DNA of 64,000 nt from an uncultured Cytophagales bacterium. GTDB lineage: Bacteria; Bacteroidota; Bacteroidia; Cytophagales; Bernardetiaceae. The notes under the pieces are model-generated. The model saw only the letters and a list, made by a program, of their open reading frames with translations, was not told the origin of the DNA and searched no databases. The translations under genes and the position numbers were made by a program. Of the stretch, positions 59,939 to 64,000 are shown piece by piece (position 1 is the stretch's first letter; each line of letters starts with the position of its first letter). Where the stretch lies: contig CAVXHP010000006.1 in the NCBI GenBank assembly GCA_963761725.1, positions 253,534-317,533 on the forward strand, given 5' to 3'.

Positions 59939-60321
59939 CAACAGAGAATGGTTATTATTTGCTTGAACAAGTTGATAAAAATATCAAACTTGGCAACAAA
60001 CAGAAATTAGGTTTAAAAAGATTTCTTAGATCTGAATTTAAAGATAATTATAAAAGAACTACAATTATACCTTGGGATTTAGATTTTCGTAGCAGAATAT
60101 TAAATTACTTCATAGATGTATTTCCTCCCAATGGTTCTACAATCAAAAAATTTTACTTAACTGAGAATAATGAATTGTGTATTTTGTACGAACAATTACC
60201 AGATTTTGACAGTGATATACATTTCTATCCATTTAATTTAGACAAAAAATCTGAATGGTTAGCCACATTTAATTTTTCTGAGCAAAAATGGAAGCTAAAA
60301 AGAATAAGCTATTTAAAGTAA
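59911..60321 (+). CDS. Hypothetical protein (136 aa)
   Basis: An ORF in a different frame occupies the place of the lost PIN body. No family recognised. Confidence 0.25.
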   Translation: MLKYFRKEITTENGYYLLEQVDKNIKLGNKQKLGLKRFLRSEFKDNYKRTTIIPWDLDFRSRILNYFIDVFPPNGSTIKKFYLTENNELCILYEQLPDFDSDIHFYPFNLDKKSEWLATFNFSEQKWKLKRISYLK

Positions 60322-60364
60322 TAGCTTTCATATAAAAAATAAAGAATTACAGAGCTAAAATTAT

Positions 60365-60425
60365 GTACGAATCAATTCGTAATTTTTAATTGACTGCGTC
60401 GTCTTTCAGTTCGTAATTCGTAATT
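60365..60425. repeat. AATTACGAATT-family element with an internal hairpin (GACTGCGTCGTCTTTCAG)
   Basis: CAATTCGTAATTTTTAATT...TTCGTAATTCGTAATTG. It lies immediately upstream of scpA. Confidence 0.5.
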
Positions 60426-60434
60426 GAATAAAAC

Positions 60435-61166
60435 ATGTACGAAATAAAAATACCCGTTTTTGAAGGAGCTTTTGATTTGTTACTTTTCTTTATTGAGAGG
60501 GACGAATTAGATATTTATGACATTCCGATTACTAAAGTAACGACTGATTTTTTGGAGTACATTCGTGCGCTAGAAAAAATGAATATCGAACTTGCCAGCG
60601 AATTTATTGTAGTGGCTGCAACGCTCATGCAAATAAAAGCAAAAATGCTCATTCCTCGTGAGCAAGTCGATGCAGAAGGAAATATTATTGACCCAAGAAA
60701 AGAACTCATTCAGCAGCTTTTAGAATACAAGCGTTTTCGTCCTGTCATTGAGCAGCTTTCTAATTTGGAAGACGATTCTTTGGCTAGAGAAACGAGAGGA
60801 AATATTATTTCAGAACTCAAATCTCTTAATAAAGTGCGTCCAGAAGATGTGGACTTGGAAGACGTAGATTTGTATAAATTACTAAAGGCTTTTCAGAATG
60901 TGATGGAATTACACGAGCTTTCTCAACCCAGATTAGATAATATAAAACCTTATCCGTATAGTGTAAATAATCAAAGAGTCTATTTAATAGAAAAGATTTT
61001 AAAGAATGAACGAGTAAATTTTGTAGAAATCTTAAAAGAAAGTGGAAATCGCATTTTGGTTGTCTTTAACTTTTTGGCAATCTTAGAACTTATACAAATT
61101 GGAGATATTAAGCTAGAAATGGGTGAAGAACCTGATTTCAATGAGTTCTATCTTTGCAGAGGATAA
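60435..61166 (+). CDS. scpA: Segregation and condensation protein A
   Basis: MYEIKIPVFEGAFDLLLFFIERDELDIYDIPITKVTTDFLEYI is the ScpA N-terminal signature. Confidence 0.75.
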   Translation: MYEIKIPVFEGAFDLLLFFIERDELDIYDIPITKVTTDFLEYIRALEKMNIELASEFIVVAATLMQIKAKMLIPREQVDAEGNIIDPRKELIQQLLEYKRFRPVIEQLSNLEDDSLARETRGNIISELKSLNKVRPEDVDLEDVDLYKLLKAFQNVMELHELSQPRLDNIKPYPYSVNNQRVYLIEKILKNERVNFVEILKESGNRILVVFNFLAILELIQIGDIKLEMGEEPDFNEFYLCRG

Positions 61167-61318
61167 ACTTTTTATTAATAAATCCTCAAGTGATTATACC
61201 AAAAAAGTACAATTTATTAGTAAGAAGTTAATGAAGGCGTAAGGTAAGAAGAGTAAGTTTGCAACATCAATAAAACAATGAAATATTGATTCAAAAATTT
61301 ACTAATAACACTATCAAA

Positions 61319-62788
61319 ATGAAAACTTCAAAACTCAATTTATTTGCACTTGCTTTTTTAGGTTTGAACCTAACGACAGCTTGTAACGACGACAATACGC
61401 CTGACGCAATCCGTACAGAAGCTCAATTGGTTGCTCATTCTATTACTCCTTCTTTCCTGAAAGTTGCTCCTGAGTTTTCAGGTATTAAAGTAATGCCTTT
61501 GCTTACCTCAGAGGATAAATTAAGCGAAACTCCTAATTTCGTTTATGGTTCAATGGCTGATGGTGCAGGTTTATTAAAAAATCCAGACGGAACTTATACG
61601 CTCATAAATAATATTGAAGCCGATTATTCTATCGCCAGAATTACACTTGACAAAACGTTCAAACCTGTAAAAGGCGAGTATATTCTCAATGCACAAGCAA
61701 CAGCTTTTACTGCTCAATGTTCGGGTACACTTGTTACTCCTCAAGAACATGGTTTTGGTCCTGTTTATTTATCAGGTGGAGAATGGGGTGGAGCTTCAAA
61801 AGGTGTTTTTATTGTTGATCCTTTCAAAAGTGCTACTCTGGCTTCTTCTCCTCGTATGCTAAATGCTATGGGACAATGGTCGACAGAGAATGCAGTTCCT
61901 ATTGGAAAAGACGCTTATTCTGACAAAACGGTTGTCTTTATAGGTGATGACCATTCTGACAATTCTATTCCTTCAGGACAGTTAGGAATGTATGTAGGAA
62001 ACAGAGGCGATTTGGAGGGTGGCAAACTCTATGGTCTTAAAGTTACTTCTGCTGGCGTAAACTACGAAATGGATATGAAAGAAGGTACTTCATATGATAT
62101 GGAATTTGTAGAATTAAAAGAAAAAAGCATCGATTTGCTTGATGCAGAAGCCAAACAAAAAGGCGTTATGGGTTTTTCAAGAGTAGAAGATATTGATTGG
62201 AGAAGAGGTTCTGGAGCTAACAACAGAGAAGTTTATTTTTGTGTTACAGGTCGTAAAAGAGATGCTTTAGCAGGAAAAGGAACATTCTACGGACGTATCT
62301 ATAAAGTAACACTAAATCCAGAAGACCCAACTAAAATAGGCAAAATTACATGTGTTTTAGATGGCGATAAGCTAGATGGAAAAGCAAAAGCATTCCATAG
62401 TCCAGATAATATCTTAGTTACTGAAAATTATGCCTACATTCAAGAAGATCCAAATGGCGTTTCGGATGCTAGTACGCCAGAGAAGGAACACTATGCACGT
62501 TTATATCAATACAATTTGAATACAGGAGAATTGAAAAACGTACTAGATTGTGATCAAGCAAAAGCAATATCACAAGGATATGGAACGGAGAATTTCTGGG
62601 AACTTACAGGAATGATTGATATTTCCGATATTGTAGGAATTGATGAAACATTTTTACTGATTACTCAAAATCACGGTTGGGAAAGAGCTGACGGTGTTCC
62701 ATTTACAGACCCAAATGCTGTTTCAGATATAAATAATAGTAGAAAAGAAGGAAGTATGCTATTCATAATAAATGGTTTGGGAAGATAA
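61319..62788 (+). CDS. Secreted lipoprotein (possibly PhoX/DUF839-like beta-propeller)
   Basis: A lipobox (LTTAC) is present. The family call is weak. ATG at 61319 is preferred over the track start. Confidence 0.3.
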   Translation: MKTSKLNLFALAFLGLNLTTACNDDNTPDAIRTEAQLVAHSITPSFLKVAPEFSGIKVMPLLTSEDKLSETPNFVYGSMADGAGLLKNPDGTYTLINNIEADYSIARITLDKTFKPVKGEYILNAQATAFTAQCSGTLVTPQEHGFGPVYLSGGEWGGASKGVFIVDPFKSATLASSPRMLNAMGQWSTENAVPIGKDAYSDKTVVFIGDDHSDNSIPSGQLGMYVGNRGDLEGGKLYGLKVTSAGVNYEMDMKEGTSYDMEFVELKEKSIDLLDAEAKQKGVMGFSRVEDIDWRRGSGANNREVYFCVTGRKRDALAGKGTFYGRIYKVTLNPEDPTKIGKITCVLDGDKLDGKAKAFHSPDNILVTENYAYIQEDPNGVSDASTPEKEHYARLYQYNLNTGELKNVLDCDQAKAISQGYGTENFWELTGMIDISDIVGIDETFLLITQNHGWERADGVPFTDPNAVSDINNSRKEGSMLFIINGLGR

Positions 62789-63008
62789 TTTTTCCATTTT
62801 TATTCTAAAAAACAACCCTAAGAAATAATTGATTAATTCAGTTTTTCTTAGGGTTTTGATAATTATAATTCATTTTCATAGAACTTTCGCACAATCTCGT
62901 TCAAGCATCTGCTTGGACGCTCTTTTTCGCAAGCATATGCTTGCAAAGTAATAAGCAAAAGATAGAATCTTGCGATAGAAAGATTAATCTTAAAAAAAAC
63001 TACCTCAA

Positions 63009-64000
63009 ATGAAATTCCCAATTTACTTTCTCATTTTAATTTCTATTCTCTTTCTTGTAGTAATTTCTTGTACAAATTCTCAAAAAGAAACTTCTCCAAA
63101 TAGCAACCTTCAAGAAGCTAGAAATCCATTCCAAGAAATAGAAAAAATCTATCTTGCGAATATAGAAAACGCTATCAAAAACTTAGAAGCTACCAAAACT
63201 ACGCTCAATTTCATAGATAAAGATACGGCTTATAATAAAGTTCATATCCAAAAAAGCCAAGAACATTACAGAGAAGCCAGAAATAGTTTTAAGAAAATAG
63301 AACCCATTTTATCTTTTGTAGATGCCAATAATTACAAGACACTTATTTCTCCAAATATTCTGAAAGTAGAAGAAGAAGATGCAACAGATATTAAAATAAA
63401 TGAACCTTTCGGTTTTCAGGTATTAGAAGAACTATTATTTTTAGAAATAAATCCGAATGGAAATAATGAAGAAAAGCTAATCCAAAAAGTTCAAGACAAT
63501 GCAGACAAAACACTTCAACGCCTTCGATTGATTGAAAGAAATACAGACCTTTCTGTTTATAAAAATTATCATTTTCTGTGGCTTTTTAGAGATGCCATCT
63601 TTAGAGTAGCTCTGACAGGAATTACAGGTTTTGATTCGCCTTCTGGAATTTCTCTTGAGGATAATAAAATTGTTTATCAAGAATTAGAAAACTATTTATC
63701 CTTTTTTGAAACGAACTTTGAAAATACAAACCTGTTTCAAGAATGGAAAGAATCATTACAAAAAAGTACGGAATTTTTGAACGAAAATAATGGAACTAAC
63801 TTCGAAAACTTTGACAGATATTCCTTCATTAAAAATCATACAGAAGCACAAATCAAACTTTGGAACAAAACAGTAAAGGATTGGAATATTACTTTTCCAT
63901 TAGAACTCGCCATTCAGAACAATACAACATCGCTTTTTTCAGATTCTACCTTTAATCTAAATTTCTTTTCTGACCAACAATTAGGACAAATTTCTCAAGA
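63009..64000 (+). CDS. Lipoprotein of unknown function (3' end beyond window)
   Basis: It starts MKFPIYFLILISILFLVVISCTNSQ (lipobox). The frame is open to the window end. It is absent from the track because no stop falls within the window. Confidence 0.4.
   Translation, partial: MKFPIYFLILISILFLVVISCTNSQKETSPNSNLQEARNPFQEIEKIYLANIENAIKNLEATKTTLNFIDKDTAYNKVHIQKSQEHYREARNSFKKIEPILSFVDANNYKTLISPNILKVEEEDATDIKINEPFGFQVLEELLFLEINPNGNNEEKLIQKVQDNADKTLQRLRLIERNTDLSVYKNYHFLWLFRDAIFRVALTGITGFDSPSGISLEDNKIVYQELENYLSFFETNFENTNLFQEWKESLQKSTEFLNENNGTNFENFDRYSFIKNHTEAQIKLWNKTVKDWNITFPLELAIQNNTTSLFSDSTFNLNFFSDQQLGQISQ

Noticed and set aside
12421-60425. AATTACGAATT repeats as a CRISPR array
   Set aside because: Copies are dispersed over 48 kb, are not regularly spaced and have no spacers. 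They are organised as inverted-repeat MITE-like elements instead.
63477-63680. ORF 63477..63680 (-)
   Set aside because: It lies antisense within the long lipoprotein ORF 63009-64000 and has no supporting features.
1-64000. Host-wide TGA recoding (genetic code 4/25 for the whole organism)
   Set aside because: Long host ORFs (1037, 749 and 511 aa) are free of in-frame TGA and use TGG for Trp. Several genes end with TGA and are often followed closely by a second stop. So only the 34.2-36.7-kb module shows the recoded signature.
1-64000. tRNA or other structured RNA genes, especially a suppressor tRNA within the island
   Set aside because: No TpsiC-like GGTTCGAATCC/GTTCRANYC motif or cloverleaf-compatible segment was found by eye in intergenic regions. 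This manual search has low sensitivity, so absence is not proven.

Overview
AT-rich Bacteroidota-type chromosomal segment (gliding/T9SS lineage). Supporting sequence features: T9SS C-terminal sorting domains, a GldD-like lipoprotein, alternative complex III genes, ECF sigma/anti-sigma pairs, and Bacteroidota-style TTG..TAnnTTTG promoter motifs. No rRNA, tRNA or CRISPR array was recognised. Left third (1-24.8 kb): ACIII actB (partial) and a fused actA; hmgA interrupted by a single in-frame TGA; membrane and sensor proteins including a 7TM-DISM/PP2C phosphatase; a ClC channel gene with a +1 frameshift; holB; a mazEF pair; an ECF sigma/anti-sigma/OMP triplet with an IS5-family IS inserted exactly at the OMP stop codon; and def. 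Middle (24870-40099): a 15.2-kb integrated element bounded by 31-bp perfect direct repeats. It begins with a Bacteroidota-type tyrosine integrase. It carries an XRE-regulator/YkgJ-like/PotABCD-like ABC importer operon, a plasmid-like backbone and a repeat-flanked nuclease cassette. The backbone (iterons, a Rep_3 initiator, a coiled-coil/TM ORF and a MazF/PemK-like ORF) is open only if TGA is read as sense: 11 in-frame TGA, no in-frame TAA/TAG, no frameshift. The three-gene cassette encodes a 453-aa protein with a C-terminal Mrr-like PD-(D/E)xK nuclease domain plus two small paralogous proteins. Right third: sucD; a VWA protein; a PIN-like/UPF0175 TA pair; a GldD-like lipoprotein; a 1037-aa protein of ten tandem ~104-aa domains; hisS with a frameshift in an A4 run; an M23/LysM peptidase; Leu/Phe/Val dehydrogenase; two paralogous T9SS-CTD proteins; degraded TA remnants; and scpA. 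Two small repeat families (an AATTACGAATT-type TIR/MITE-like element and a ~95-bp element with a 9-bp stem) recur in intergenic regions. Coordinates taken from the ORF track are exact; coordinates I placed by hand (repeats, terminators, revised starts) may be off by a base or two.
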